From contig CAVZZO010000001.1 in NCBI GenBank assembly GCA_963779755.1, forward strand, positions 1,440,001 through 1,504,000: 64,000 nucleotides of DNA. The letters are read 5' to 3'. Within the stretch, counting starts at the first letter, position 1. Each line of letters begins with the position of its first letter. Source of the stretch: an uncultured Gemmatimonadales bacterium. GTDB lineage: Bacteria > Gemmatimonadota > Gemmatimonadetes > Gemmatimonadales > GWC2-71-9. Shown here in pieces: positions 48,806 to 57,927 of the stretch. The translations under genes and the position numbers were made by a program. The notes under the pieces are model-generated. The model searched no databases. It was not told the origin of the DNA and worked only from the letters and a program-made list of their open reading frames with translations.

Positions 48806-50647
48806 GTGATTCGGAACCTGGCGATTATCGCCCACGTAGACCATGGCAAGACCACCCTGGTGGACAAGATGCTCCGCCAGGCGGGGGCATTCCGGGCCAA
48901 CCAGCAGGTGGAGGAGCGGGTGATGGACTCCAATCCCCTGGAGCGGGAGCGGGGTATCACCATTCTGGCCAAGAACACCTCGGTCCACTGGCGGGATACC
49001 AAGATCAATATCGTGGATACGCCGGGTCACGCCGATTTCGGCGGCGAGGTCGAGCGGATTCTGCGCATGGTGGACGGCGTCCTGCTGCTGGTGGATGCCG
49101 CCGAGGGCCCCATGCCGCAGACCCGGTTCGTTACCCGCAAGGCGCTGGCGCTGGGGCTCCGGCCCATCGTGGCCATCAACAAGATCGACCGGACCGACGC
49201 CGAGCCGCTGCGGGTGCACGATGAAGTCCTGGACCTGCTGATCGAGCTGGAAGCGACGCCCGAGCAGCTGGACGCGCCTTTCCTCTATACCTCGAGCCGG
49301 CAGGGGATCGCCACGCCGGAGCTGGACCAACCCGGCACCTCGCTGGAGCCGTTGTTCCGGACCATCGTGGAGTACATCCCGGCGCCGAAGAGCGACGCCG
49401 AGGGGCCGTTCCAGATGCTGATTTCCACGCTGGATTATTCGCCCTTCCTGGGCCGCATGGGGATCGGCCGGATCGAGCGGGGGCGGGTGCGGAGCGGCGA
49501 CCAGGTGGCGCTGCTGCCGTTCGGGCCTCCGGGGCTGGTCGAGCTGGAGGGGGTGGAGCGGGCGCGGATCAGCAAGCTGTACACCTTCGAAGGCCTGACG
49601 CGGGTGGAGATCGCGGAGGCGTCGGCGGGCGACATCATCATGCTGGCCGGGCTGGAGGGCATCGAGATCGGGCGCACCCTCACGGCGCCCGATGCGCTGG
49701 AACGGCTGGAAGGCATCGCGGTGGAGGAGCCCACCATTTCGGTGGACTTCATGGTGAACAACTCGCCCTTCTCCGGGCGTGAGGGGAAATTCGTCACCAG
49801 CCGCCAGTTGCGCGACCGTCTCTTCCGGGAGCTGGAGCGCAACGTCGCCCTCCGGGTGGAGGATACCGATTCTCCCGACACCTTCGCGGTCGCGGGCCGG
49901 GGCGAGCTGCATCTGGCCATCCTGATGGAAACGATGCGGCGCGAGAGCTACGAATTCCAGGTATCGCGGCCGCGGGTAATTACGCGCACCGCGGAAGACG
50001 GCACGCGGCTGGAACCCTATGAAGAGTTGATGGTCGATGTGCCCGAAGCGATGCTCGGCACGGTGATCGAGAAGCTGGGGCCCCGGCGGGCCGAGCTGAT
50101 CGAGATGAAGAACCCCGGGCAGGGTTCCGTCCGTATGAGTTTCCGCATTCCCGCGCGCGGGCTGTTCGGATACCGGTCCGAGTTCCTGACCGACACCCGC
50201 GGCACCGGGATCCTGCATCATCGCTTCCTGGACTACGGCCCCTGGGCCGGTCCGCTGGCGGGCCGGAAGAACGGGGTGCTGGTCGCCGACCGCGAGGGTG
50301 TGGCCGTGGCGTACGCTCTGGGGGGCCTGCAGGAACGGGCCCGGCTGTTCGTGCGGCCGGGCGATCCGGTCTACGCCGGGATGATTACGGGCGAGAACTC
50401 CCGGCCCGATGACATGGACGTGAACGTCACGAAGGAAAAGAAGCTCACCAACATGCGTACCACCGCGTCCGACGAGCATATCCTGCTCGAGCCGCCGCGG
50501 GAAATTACCCTGGAGTACGCGCTCGAGTATATCGAGGAGGATGAGCTGATCGAGGTTACCCCGCAGGCCATCCGGCTGCGGAAACGGGAGCTGGATGCCA
50601 GCGACCGGAAGAAGGCCGCCCGGGCCGCCCGGGCGGGTGGATCATAG
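48806..50647 (+). CDS. typA: Translational GTPase TypA/BipA
   Basis: [47 protein letters not shown] and KKLTNMR. Confidence 0.97.
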   Translation: MIRNLAIIAHVDHGKTTLVDKMLRQAGAFRANQQVEERVMDSNPLERERGITILAKNTSVHWRDTKINIVDTPGHADFGGEVERILRMVDGVLLLVDAAEGPMPQTRFVTRKALALGLRPIVAINKIDRTDAEPLRVHDEVLDLLIELEATPEQLDAPFLYTSSRQGIATPELDQPGTSLEPLFRTIVEYIPAPKSDAEGPFQMLISTLDYSPFLGRMGIGRIERGRVRSGDQVALLPFGPPGLVELEGVERARISKLYTFEGLTRVEIAEASAGDIIMLAGLEGIEIGRTLTAPDALERLEGIAVEEPTISVDFMVNNSPFSGREGKFVTSRQLRDRLFRELERNVALRVEDTDSPDTFAVAGRGELHLAILMETMRRESYEFQVSRPRVITRTAEDGTRLEPYEELMVDVPEAMLGTVIEKLGPRRAELIEMKNPGQGSVRMSFRIPARGLFGYRSEFLTDTRGTGILHHRFLDYGPWAGPLAGRKNGVLVADREGVAVAYALGGLQERARLFVRPGDPVYAGMITGENSRPDDMDVNVTKEKKLTNMRTTASDEHILLEPPREITLEYALEYIEEDELIEVTPQAIRLRKRELDASDRKKAARAARAGGS

Positions 50648-50696
50648 GTCTGTCACCCCGGAGATGGCTGTGGTCACCAGTGATCGGGAGGATTCC

Positions 50697-50942
50697 ATGT
50701 TGCCCTGGGAAGCGTCGATGGAAGCCGTCGAGCTCCGGCGTCGTAATGTGGACGACGACGATGAATTCGAGGACGACGGGTTCAGTTTCGACGACGAGGA
50801 AGACGAGGACGAGGACTACGACGAGGACGAGGACCTGGACGAGGAGGAGGAGGACCTCGACGAACAGGAGGACTACGACGACCTGGACGACGAGGACGAG
50901 GCTCCCCGCCGCGGCCGCAAGGTGTCGGGCGACGACTGGTAG
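50697..50942 (+). CDS. Small, extremely acidic protein (81 aa)
   Basis: GGGAGGA SD; 44 of 81 residues are D or E; GAC/GAG codon usage matches the genome. Confidence 0.6.
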   Translation: MLPWEASMEAVELRRRNVDDDDEFEDDGFSFDDEEDEDEDYDEDEDLDEEEEDLDEQEDYDDLDDEDEAPRRGRKVSGDDW

Positions 50943-51008
50943 GCCGGTGGCAGGGCGGGAGCACCCGGAGCGTGCGGAATCCCTGCCCGTTTGCCGGCTC
51001 TCATCCGG

Positions 51009-51037
51009 TTGCGGCGCCCGGGATGCGGCGTTATCCT
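51009..51037 (+). promoter_or_regulatory. Sigma-70-type promoter of tRNA-Ile
   Basis: TTGCGG-N17-TATCCT, 11 nt upstream of the tRNA. Confidence 0.5.
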
Positions 51038-51048
51038 GAGGCTCCCCG

Positions 51049-51122
<74 letters not shown>

Positions 51123-51161
51123 TTACGAGGAGTGAAGGAATGAGAAATGGGGATTCAGGGG

Positions 51162-51196
51162 CGCCCCGCCGGAGATCCGGCGGGGCGTTCCACTTC
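51162..51196 (+). terminator. GC-rich terminator-like hairpin between the tRNA and the convergent gene
   Basis: CGCCCCGCCGGA-GA-TCCGGCGGGGCG perfect inverted repeat, followed by TTCCACTT. Confidence 0.6.
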
Positions 51197-51203
51197 GTGG
51201 TTC

Positions 51204-51722
51204 TCAGCGGGTGGTGAAGGCGAACACGGCGCCGTAGGTGCCGTTGCCATCGCGCCAGCCGGGGCCAATCTCGCCGCCGCCCATCATCCCACCGCCGCCC
51301 ATCATCCCCTCGGTGGCCCACTGGCCGCCCAGGTGCCGGCAGGCCCAGTCCAGGTCCAGCGGATTGCCGGTCGAGTCCCGCATGCCGCCGCCCAGGTGCA
51401 GGGAGTAGTGCGTTGCCGGCGCCAGCGCGCTATCCTGCATGAAGGTGAGCATGGAATCGCCATGCGACCAGTGCCAGGAGCCGGGAACAACGGGACCGTT
51501 GATGCCGCTCAGGTGTAACGCGGCACTGGCCTCCCCGGCCATCATGGGGCGATCGAAGCGGATGATTACCGGGCGCGTCGGGTCCACGTCCGCGGCGCCG
51601 GCGGCAGGGGTGACGGCGATGACTCGCGCGGCCTCGGAAGTCGGCGCGTTGGCGGACGGGTTGCACGAGACGAAGACGACGCCGGCCAGCACGAGTGTCA
51701 GGAAGGTGGCATATGCGCGCAC
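51204..51722 (-). CDS. Ig-like (Big_5-type) lipoprotein with Met/Gly-rich tail
   Basis: Lipobox-like FVSC; VTPAAGAADVDPTRPVIIRFDRPM...LAPATHYSL; GMMGGGGMMGGG. Confidence 0.7.
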   Translation of the reverse strand: MRAYATFLTLVLAGVVFVSCNPSANAPTSEAARVIAVTPAAGAADVDPTRPVIIRFDRPMMAGEASAALHLSGINGPVVPGSWHWSHGDSMLTFMQDSALAPATHYSLHLGGGMRDSTGNPLDLDWACRHLGGQWATEGMMGGGGMMGGGEIGPGWRDGNGTYGAVFAFTTR

Positions 51723-51778
51723 AGAGCTCTCCAGTCAGGCAGCGGAGGGAAAGGTCGGCGTTACGGCCTGAAGGCTTC

Positions 51779-52426
51779 ATGAAGCCGGACAGAAGGCCAC
51801 TTCATCTGGTGCTGCTTATCCTGGTGGGTCTGGCCGGGTGCGGAGGGGCGGCGACGGGTGGCGGCGCAGCCGCCGGCGCGGCCGACAGCACGGTGCTGGT
51901 CGGCGGCATCGCCGCTTCCGCCCTTCCGGACACGGGCTCGACGGGGGCCCGGCTGGTGGGACGGTACTGCGGCCAGTGCCACGCGGTTCCTTCTCCTGCC
52001 CGTCATGCCGCCGGCGACTGGATTCCCACGTTGCGACGGATGTATCTCCGCATGGACCACATGGCCGCCATGGGCGGCATGATGGCTGGGCGCGGGATGG
52101 GGCGGGGCATGATGGGGCAAGGCCGCACCGTCATCCGCAGCCCCACGCCCGCCGAGCGCGATACCATACTGGCATACCTCCAGGGCCACGCCATGCGCGC
52201 ACTGGCGGAGGACAGCCTGCCCGACGCCGGCGCCGCCGGCGCGGCGATCTTCCGGCGCGCTTGCTCCCGCTGCCACGCGCTGCCCGACCCCGGGCAGCAC
52301 ACCGCGGCGGAGTGGCCGGCCGTGGTGGCCCGGATGCGGGAGCACATGCAGCAGATGAACGTGGGCGACGTCAGCGACGCGGACGCGCAGGCGATCGTCG
52401 CCTACCTCGGCCGTACCGCCGGCTAG
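51779..52426 (+). CDS. Diheme c-type cytochrome lipoprotein with Met-rich linker
   Basis: LAGC lipobox; CGQCH and CSRCH, each followed by P..H.A..W...RM...M; MAAMGGMMAGRGMGRGMMG. Confidence 0.82.
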   Translation: MKPDRRPLHLVLLILVGLAGCGGAATGGGAAAGAADSTVLVGGIAASALPDTGSTGARLVGRYCGQCHAVPSPARHAAGDWIPTLRRMYLRMDHMAAMGGMMAGRGMGRGMMGQGRTVIRSPTPAERDTILAYLQGHAMRALAEDSLPDAGAAGAAIFRRACSRCHALPDPGQHTAAEWPAVVARMREHMQQMNVGDVSDADAQAIVAYLGRTAG

Positions 52427-52596
52427 GGCCGCTCGCGCCGGCCCAGTTCCCTCGCGAGTTCTGCCAGATGGCTGGCCATGGTCTCCTGCGCCCGCATGCT
52501 GCGCCAGAGGGCCGTCAAACCCACGGCCACGACGGCGATCCAGATCAGGCCATACAGCAGCATCATGCCGCCCCAGGCGCCCTGCATTCCCCACAT
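52423..52596 (-). CDS. 57-aa single-TM Met-rich protein (not in the ORF track)
   Basis: GGAGGTGA SD; MWGMQGAWGGMMLLYGLIWIAVVAVGLTALWRSMRAQETMASHLAELARELGRRERP; stop overlaps the cytochrome stop (CTAG). Confidence 0.7.
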   Translation of the reverse strand: MWGMQGAWGGMMLLYGLIWIAVVAVGLTALWRSMRAQETMASHLAELARELGRRERP

Positions 52597-52662
52597 GATT
52601 CACCTCCGGAAAAGGTTCTGGCCGGGAGTGTTCCGGGAACACCCCCGGCCGGAAAGTACCAC

Positions 52663-53145
52663 TCAGTGCTGCTGGTACAGGCTGGTCGAGCCGTCCGCCG
52701 CGAACGCGATCACATTGTAGGGGGCCCGCTCGCCGTCCATGCCGGGTGACCCGGCCGGCATGCCGGGAGCCGCGAGTCCGGCCACCGCCGGGTGTTCCCG
52801 CAGGAGCCGGATGATATCCTCCGCCGGCACGTGGCCCTCGATGACATAACCCTTGACCAGCGCAGTGTGGCACGAGGCCAGCTCCTGCGGCACCCCGTGC
52901 TCCCGCATGGCCGCGGCGGGATCGGCGGCTTCCTTCACTTCAACCCTGAACCCGTGCGATTGCAGGTGTGCGACCCACTTCCCGCAGCAGCCGCAGCTGG
53001 GGCTCTTGTACACGACGACCGTCTCGCCGGTCGTCCGGGGGCCCCGCAGGGCCATGACCAGGACGGCCGCCAGAGCCAGGGTCGTTGCGGCGAGCAGCGG
53101 GCGGATCCAGCGGCGGCCGGCGGGCCGCGGTTTCCTTGGGGACAT
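52663..53145 (-). CDS. DUF411 (CopG-like) periplasmic metal-binding protein
   Basis: YKSPSCGCCGKWVAHL, SCHT, EGHVP and PGMPAGSPGM. Confidence 0.9.
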   Translation of the reverse strand: MSPRKPRPAGRRWIRPLLAATTLALAAVLVMALRGPRTTGETVVVYKSPSCGCCGKWVAHLQSHGFRVEVKEAADPAAAMREHGVPQELASCHTALVKGYVIEGHVPAEDIIRLLREHPAVAGLAAPGMPAGSPGMDGERAPYNVIAFAADGSTSLYQQH

Positions 53146-53187
53146 GACCGATATTCTCCTTCTCTTCGTAAGGTTGAGGCTCCCCGG

Positions 53188-53538
53188 CTATTCCAGCGCC
53201 TGGAGCCCGGTCACTCCGGTCCGGATCTTGGTGACTTGCAGTACCGGCTGGACGTAGACGATGCCATCGCCGCGGCGGCCGGTGTGCGCCGTTCGGACCA
53301 GGATCTCGGTGAACATGTCTTCCCGCTCTCGGGCGCAGATAAAGGTCACCTGGGCCTTATCAGTGGATTCCACGGCCTCATCCAGCGAGACCCGGGCGGA
53401 GGCCGGATCCACCCCGGCCCCGATCGCATGCACCCGGCCGACGGTAAGGCGGGGTACTCCGGCCTCCTTGAGCCGGTGGACCACCCGCTCCAGCATCTCA
53501 CGCCGCACGATGGCGTGGATGGCGACCAGTTCCGGCAT
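53188..53538 (-). CDS. PII-like signal protein
   Basis: IHAIVRRE...TGRRGDGIVYVQPV...IRTG (PII B- and C-loop motifs). AGGAGG SD; starts 8 nt after the cusA stop. Confidence 0.82.
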   Translation of the reverse strand: MPELVAIHAIVRREMLERVVHRLKEAGVPRLTVGRVHAIGAGVDPASARVSLDEAVESTDKAQVTFICAREREDMFTEILVRTAHTGRRGDGIVYVQPVLQVTKIRTGVTGLQALE

Positions 53539-53546
53539 GGCTCCTC

Positions 53547-56500
53547 CTAGTCCTCGACCGTGAGCGCCATCTCGTCCCGCAGTGCCTCGCGCACCAGCAG
53601 GTCGGGCCGCCGGGCGACCTGCCGCCGGCGCCAGAGCAGATAGATGGCGGGAATGACCGCGAGGGTGAGCATGGTGGCGGTGAGCATGCCGCCCACCATG
53701 GGGGAGGCGATGCGGCGCATGACGTCCGCCCCCGTGCCCGAGCTCCAGAGAATGGGCGCGAGGCCGGCGATGATGGCGGTGACGGTCATGACCACCGGCC
53801 GCAGCCGCTCCAGCGCGCCGTCCCGCACCGCGGCCGCGACATCGGCCGAGCATTGCATCCGGCCCTCCAGGCTGCGGCGGTGGAAGGCCTCGTCCAGGTA
53901 GATGAGCATCACGACGCCGGTTTCGGCGGCGACGCCGGCCAGGGCGATGAAGCCCACCCAGACCGCCACGCTGGTGTTGTAGCCCAGCGCCCAGAGGAAC
54001 CAGACGCCGCCCACAAGGGAAAACGGCAGCGCCAGCATGACGATGAGCGATTCAGGCACGCTCTTGAAGTTGAAATAGAGCAGCAGGAAGATGATGCCCA
54101 GGGTGACGGGCCCCACGAGCCGCATCTTCCGGGCGACCCGCTGCATGGATTCGTACTGTCCGCTCCAGACCAGGGTGTAGCCGGTGGGTAGCGTCAGCTG
54201 CTGCGCCACCGCCGCCTGCGCGTCCCGTACGTAGCTCCCCACGTCGCGCTCGCCGTTGTCCACGAAAATCGTGGTGACCGGGAAGGCGTTCTCCGTCTTG
54301 ACCGCCATGGGCCCCTGGACGATGCGCACCGCCGCCACCTGGCCCAGCGGGATCTGCCGGCCGCCCATGGCGGGCACCACCACTTCCTTGAGCTTTTCGA
54401 CGTTGTCGCGCAGCTCCCGGGGATACCGGACGTTGACGGCATACCGCTCGCGTCCTTCGACGGTGGTGGCGGCGGTGATGCCCCCGACAGTCGCCATGAT
54501 GGCGTTGTGGATGTCGCCCACGTTGAGTCCGTAACGCGCCGCCTCGGTGCGGTCCACATCGATGTCCACGTAATACCCCGAGACGCCCCGCTCGGCGAAG
54601 GCGCTGCGGGTGCCGGGCACCCGCTGCATGATGCGCTCCACCCGCATGCCCAGCGCCTGCAGCGTGTCGAGGCTGGGGCCGAAGATCTTGATGCCTACCG
54701 GCGTCCGGATCCCGGTCGCGAGCATATCGATGCGCCCCTTGATGGGCATGGTCCAGGCATTGGTGACCCCGGGCATGCGGGTGGCCTCATCCATGGCGGC
54801 CACCAGCTTCTCGTAGGTCATGCCGGCGGGCCACTGATCCTCGGGCTTGAGGGTGATGGTGGTTTCGTACATGTCGAGCGGCGCCGGATCGGTGGCGGTC
54901 GAGGCGCGGCCGGCCTTGCCCAGTACCCGTTCGACTTCGGGGAAGGACGCCAGCACACTGTCCTGGTAGCGCATGATGTCGCGCGCCTGCGCAATCGACA
55001 CGCCGGGCACCGTCGTGGGCATGAAGAGGATGGTGCCCTCATGCAGTTCCGGCATGAATTCGCTTCCCAGCCGACGCCAGGGCAGGATCGTTACCGCCAG
55101 GACCGCTATCGCCGCCAGAATGACCGTCCAGGGCCGCCGCAGGGCGAAGTCGATCACCGGGCGGTAGAGGCGCTGGAGCACGCGGTTCACCGGATTCTCC
55201 CGTTCCGGCCGGATCCGTCCGCGGATGAGATACCCCATCAGCACCGGAACCAGGGTAATGGAGAGAAACGCCGCCCCGGCCATGGCGAAGGTCTTGGTGA
55301 AGGCCAGCGGCTTGAAGAGACGCCCCTCCTGCTGCTCCAGGCTGAAGACCGGCAGGAAGCTGAAGGTGATGATGAGCAGGGAGAAGAACAGCGGCGGCCC
55401 CACCTGCTTGGCGCTCTCCAGGACGATCTCCCAGCGGGAGGTGCCCGGCTCCGCGCGCTCCAGGTGTTTGTGCATGTTCTCGATCATGACGATCGCCGCA
55501 TCCACCATCGCTCCGATGGCGATGGCGATCCCCCCCAGGCTCATGATGTTGGCGTTGACCCCGATGGCGCGCATGACCAGGAACGAGATGAGAATCCCCA
55601 GCGGCAGCGTGATGATCGCCACCAGGGCGGAGCGGAAGTGCAGCAGGAACAGCACGGCCACCGCCGCCACGATCAGCGACTCCTCCACCAGCTTGTCGCG
55701 CAGGGTGTCGATGGCGCGATGGATGAGGTCGCTCCGGTCGTAGGCGGTGACGAGGCGCACCCCATGGGGCAGCCCCTTCTGGATCTCGGCCAGGCGGGCC
55801 TTCACCGCCTCGATGGTCTTGAGGGCGTCGGAGCCGAACCGCATCACCACGATGCCGGCGACGACTTCGCCCTTCCCGTCGAGATCGGCGGCGCCGCGGC
55901 GCGGCGCGGGGCCGACCTGGACGTTGGCCACGTCGGCAACCCGGATGGGCGTGCCGTTCATGGTGGCGCCCACGGTGACGTCTTCGATGTCGGCGACGCC
56001 CTGGAGATAGCCCAGGCCGCGAATCATGTACTCCCGGCCGCCCATCTCCAGCACCCGGGCGCCGATGTCCACGTTGTGCGAGCCGATGGCCTGCGCCACC
56101 CGGGTGACCGGGATGTTGAAGGCGCGGAGCCGTTCCGGGTTCACCTCGACCTGGTACTGCTTCTGGAAGCCGCCCAGGCTGGCGACTTCGGAGACGCCCG
56201 GCACGGCGGTGAGCTGGTAGCGGATATACCAGTCCTGCAGGGTCCGGAGCTGGGCGAGATCCAGGCTGTCGGACTCGAGCACGTACTCGAAGACCCAGCC
56301 CACCCCGGTGGCATCCGGTCCCAATGTCGGTTCCACCCCGGTCGGCAGGGTCTTGCGAATGCCGTTGAGGTATTCCAGGACGCGGCTCCGGGCCCAGTAG
56401 ATGTCGGTGCCGTCTTCGAAGATGACGTACACCAGGCTGAGGCCGAAGAACGAGTAGCCCCGGACCACCCGGGCGCCGGGTACCTTCAGCATCTCGGAGG

Positions 56501-56708
56501 TGATGGGATAGGTGACCTGGTCCTCCACGATGCCCGGAGCCTGCTCGGCGAAGTCGGTCTGGATGATGACCTGCACGTCCGACAGGTCGGGGATGGCGTC
56601 GAGCGGCGTGGTGCGCATGGCCCAGACCCCGCCGGCAATGAGCGCGGCGGTGCCCAGCAGCACCAGGAAGCGGTTGCGCAAGGACCAGGCGATGACGGCG
56701 TTAATCAT
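53547..56708 (-). CDS. cusA: Heavy-metal efflux RND permease, CusA/SilA type
   Basis: DAIPDLSDVQVI, LGPDATGVGWV, IAIGAMVDAAIV; Met-triad-like LFMPT, LDMYET, WTMPIKGRIDM; GVAAETGVVM. Confidence 0.93.
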   Translation of the reverse strand: MINAVIAWSLRNRFLVLLGTAALIAGGVWAMRTTPLDAIPDLSDVQVIIQTDFAEQAPGIVEDQVTYPITSEMLKVPGARVVRGYSFFGLSLVYVIFEDGTDIYWARSRVLEYLNGIRKTLPTGVEPTLGPDATGVGWVFEYVLESDSLDLAQLRTLQDWYIRYQLTAVPGVSEVASLGGFQKQYQVEVNPERLRAFNIPVTRVAQAIGSHNVDIGARVLEMGGREYMIRGLGYLQGVADIEDVTVGATMNGTPIRVADVANVQVGPAPRRGAADLDGKGEVVAGIVVMRFGSDALKTIEAVKARLAEIQKGLPHGVRLVTAYDRSDLIHRAIDTLRDKLVEESLIVAAVAVLFLLHFRSALVAIITLPLGILISFLVMRAIGVNANIMSLGGIAIAIGAMVDAAIVMIENMHKHLERAEPGTSRWEIVLESAKQVGPPLFFSLLIITFSFLPVFSLEQQEGRLFKPLAFTKTFAMAGAAFLSITLVPVLMGYLIRGRIRPERENPVNRVLQRLYRPVIDFALRRPWTVILAAIAVLAVTILPWRRLGSEFMPELHEGTILFMPTTVPGVSIAQARDIMRYQDSVLASFPEVERVLGKAGRASTATDPAPLDMYETTITLKPEDQWPAGMTYEKLVAAMDEATRMPGVTNAWTMPIKGRIDMLATGIRTPVGIKIFGPSLDTLQALGMRVERIMQRVPGTRSAFAERGVSGYYVDIDVDRTEAARYGLNVGDIHNAIMATVGGITAATTVEGRERYAVNVRYPRELRDNVEKLKEVVVPAMGGRQIPLGQVAAVRIVQGPMAVKTENAFPVTTIFVDNGERDVGSYVRDAQAAVAQQLTLPTGYTLVWSGQYESMQRVARKMRLVGPVTLGIIFLLLYFNFKSVPESLIVMLALPFSLVGGVWFLWALGYNTSVAVWVGFIALAGVAAETGVVMLIYLDEAFHRRSLEGRMQCSADVAAAVRDGALERLRPVVMTVTAIIAGLAPILWSSGTGADVMRRIASPMVGGMLTATMLTLAVIPAIYLLWRRRQVARRPDLLVREALRDEMALTVED

Positions 56709-57927
56709 GGGAATGCTCCGCCGGGGCCGAGGGCGTCGAGGGGCTCATGTGCTGCATGCCGGGCATGGAGGCACCGGTGGTTCCCAGCCGGGACTCGGCG
56801 TCCACCAGGAAGTTGGCCGACCCGACGATCGTCTCGCCTTCTTCCAGCCCGCTGAGCACCTGCACCCGGTCTCCACCCCGGGCGCCGAGCACGACCTCCC
56901 GGGGCGAGAGCATGCCGCTGGAGTCGCGCACGAAAACCAGGTTGCGTTCGCCGGTCGCGATGACCGCGGCCATGGGAACCGACGGATACCGCTCGCTCAG
57001 GTCCGAATCGAAGTAGATGGTGGCGAACATACCGGGCTTGAGGCGCAGGTCGCGGTTGGGTACGGTGACCCGGACCCGATTGGTGCGGCTGTGCACGTCC
57101 ACGGTGGGATACACGAAACTCACCCGTCCCATCACGTGTTCCCCGGGATAGGCGGACACCTCGATATGTGCCTGGGTGCCGGTACGAACGAACTTGAGGT
57201 CCTGCTCGAACATCTCGCCTTCCACCCAGACCTCGCGCAGATCGGCAATCTGGTAGAGTTTCTCGCCCGGCATCACCCGCTGCCCCTCGAGCACGCTCTT
57301 CTCCAGGACGATGCCACTCACCGGTGAGACCAGGGTGAGCGTCTTGGTCACCTCGCCGGTGCGCTCCAGGCGGTTGATCTGCGCCGGGGTGATGTCCCAC
57401 CAGGCCAGGCGGCGTCGGGACGACTCCAGGGTGGCCTGGGCCCCGGCCCACGCCTCGCCCGCCGAGCTGTCCACCATGCCGGCCAACCGCTTCGCCGTCA
57501 GGAATTCCTCCTGTGCCGCGACCAGGTCGGGGCTGTAGATAGAGAGGAGCGTCTGGCCCCGCCGCACCGACTCGCCGGTGGTGTTCACGTACAAGTGCTC
57601 GACGTAGCCGGCCACCTTGGGTGTCACGTCGGCGACGTTCTGTTCCGGCGCCAGGATCTCGCCCACCGTGCGGATGGTCCGGGTGAGCGGCTCGCGCTGG
57701 ACCGTGGTGTACGTCACACCCAGCGCCTGCTCCTGCTGGGCGGTGAGATGGACGGCCTGGCGGACGGCGGTGCCGGCGCTATCCATCGCCCCCTGGGTTC
57801 CGCCCGCCTGCATCTTCGCGTGCTCTTCTGCGGTCATCCCCGCCATGGGTGAGGCCTCGTCGGCGGACTTGCCGCAGGCTGCCAGGCCCAGGGCCACCGC
57901 CAGGGCGGCGCTCCAGATCATTCTCAT
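56701..57927 (-). CDS. cusB: RND periplasmic adaptor, CusB type
   Basis: IYSPDLVAAQEE, LYQIADL, LKPGMFA, ANFLVDAES; Met/His-rich termini. Confidence 0.88.
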   Translation of the reverse strand: MRMIWSAALAVALGLAACGKSADEASPMAGMTAEEHAKMQAGGTQGAMDSAGTAVRQAVHLTAQQEQALGVTYTTVQREPLTRTIRTVGEILAPEQNVADVTPKVAGYVEHLYVNTTGESVRRGQTLLSIYSPDLVAAQEEFLTAKRLAGMVDSSAGEAWAGAQATLESSRRRLAWWDITPAQINRLERTGEVTKTLTLVSPVSGIVLEKSVLEGQRVMPGEKLYQIADLREVWVEGEMFEQDLKFVRTGTQAHIEVSAYPGEHVMGRVSFVYPTVDVHSRTNRVRVTVPNRDLRLKPGMFATIYFDSDLSERYPSVPMAAVIATGERNLVFVRDSSGMLSPREVVLGARGGDRVQVLSGLEEGETIVGSANFLVDAESRLGTTGASMPGMQHMSPSTPSAPAEHSHD

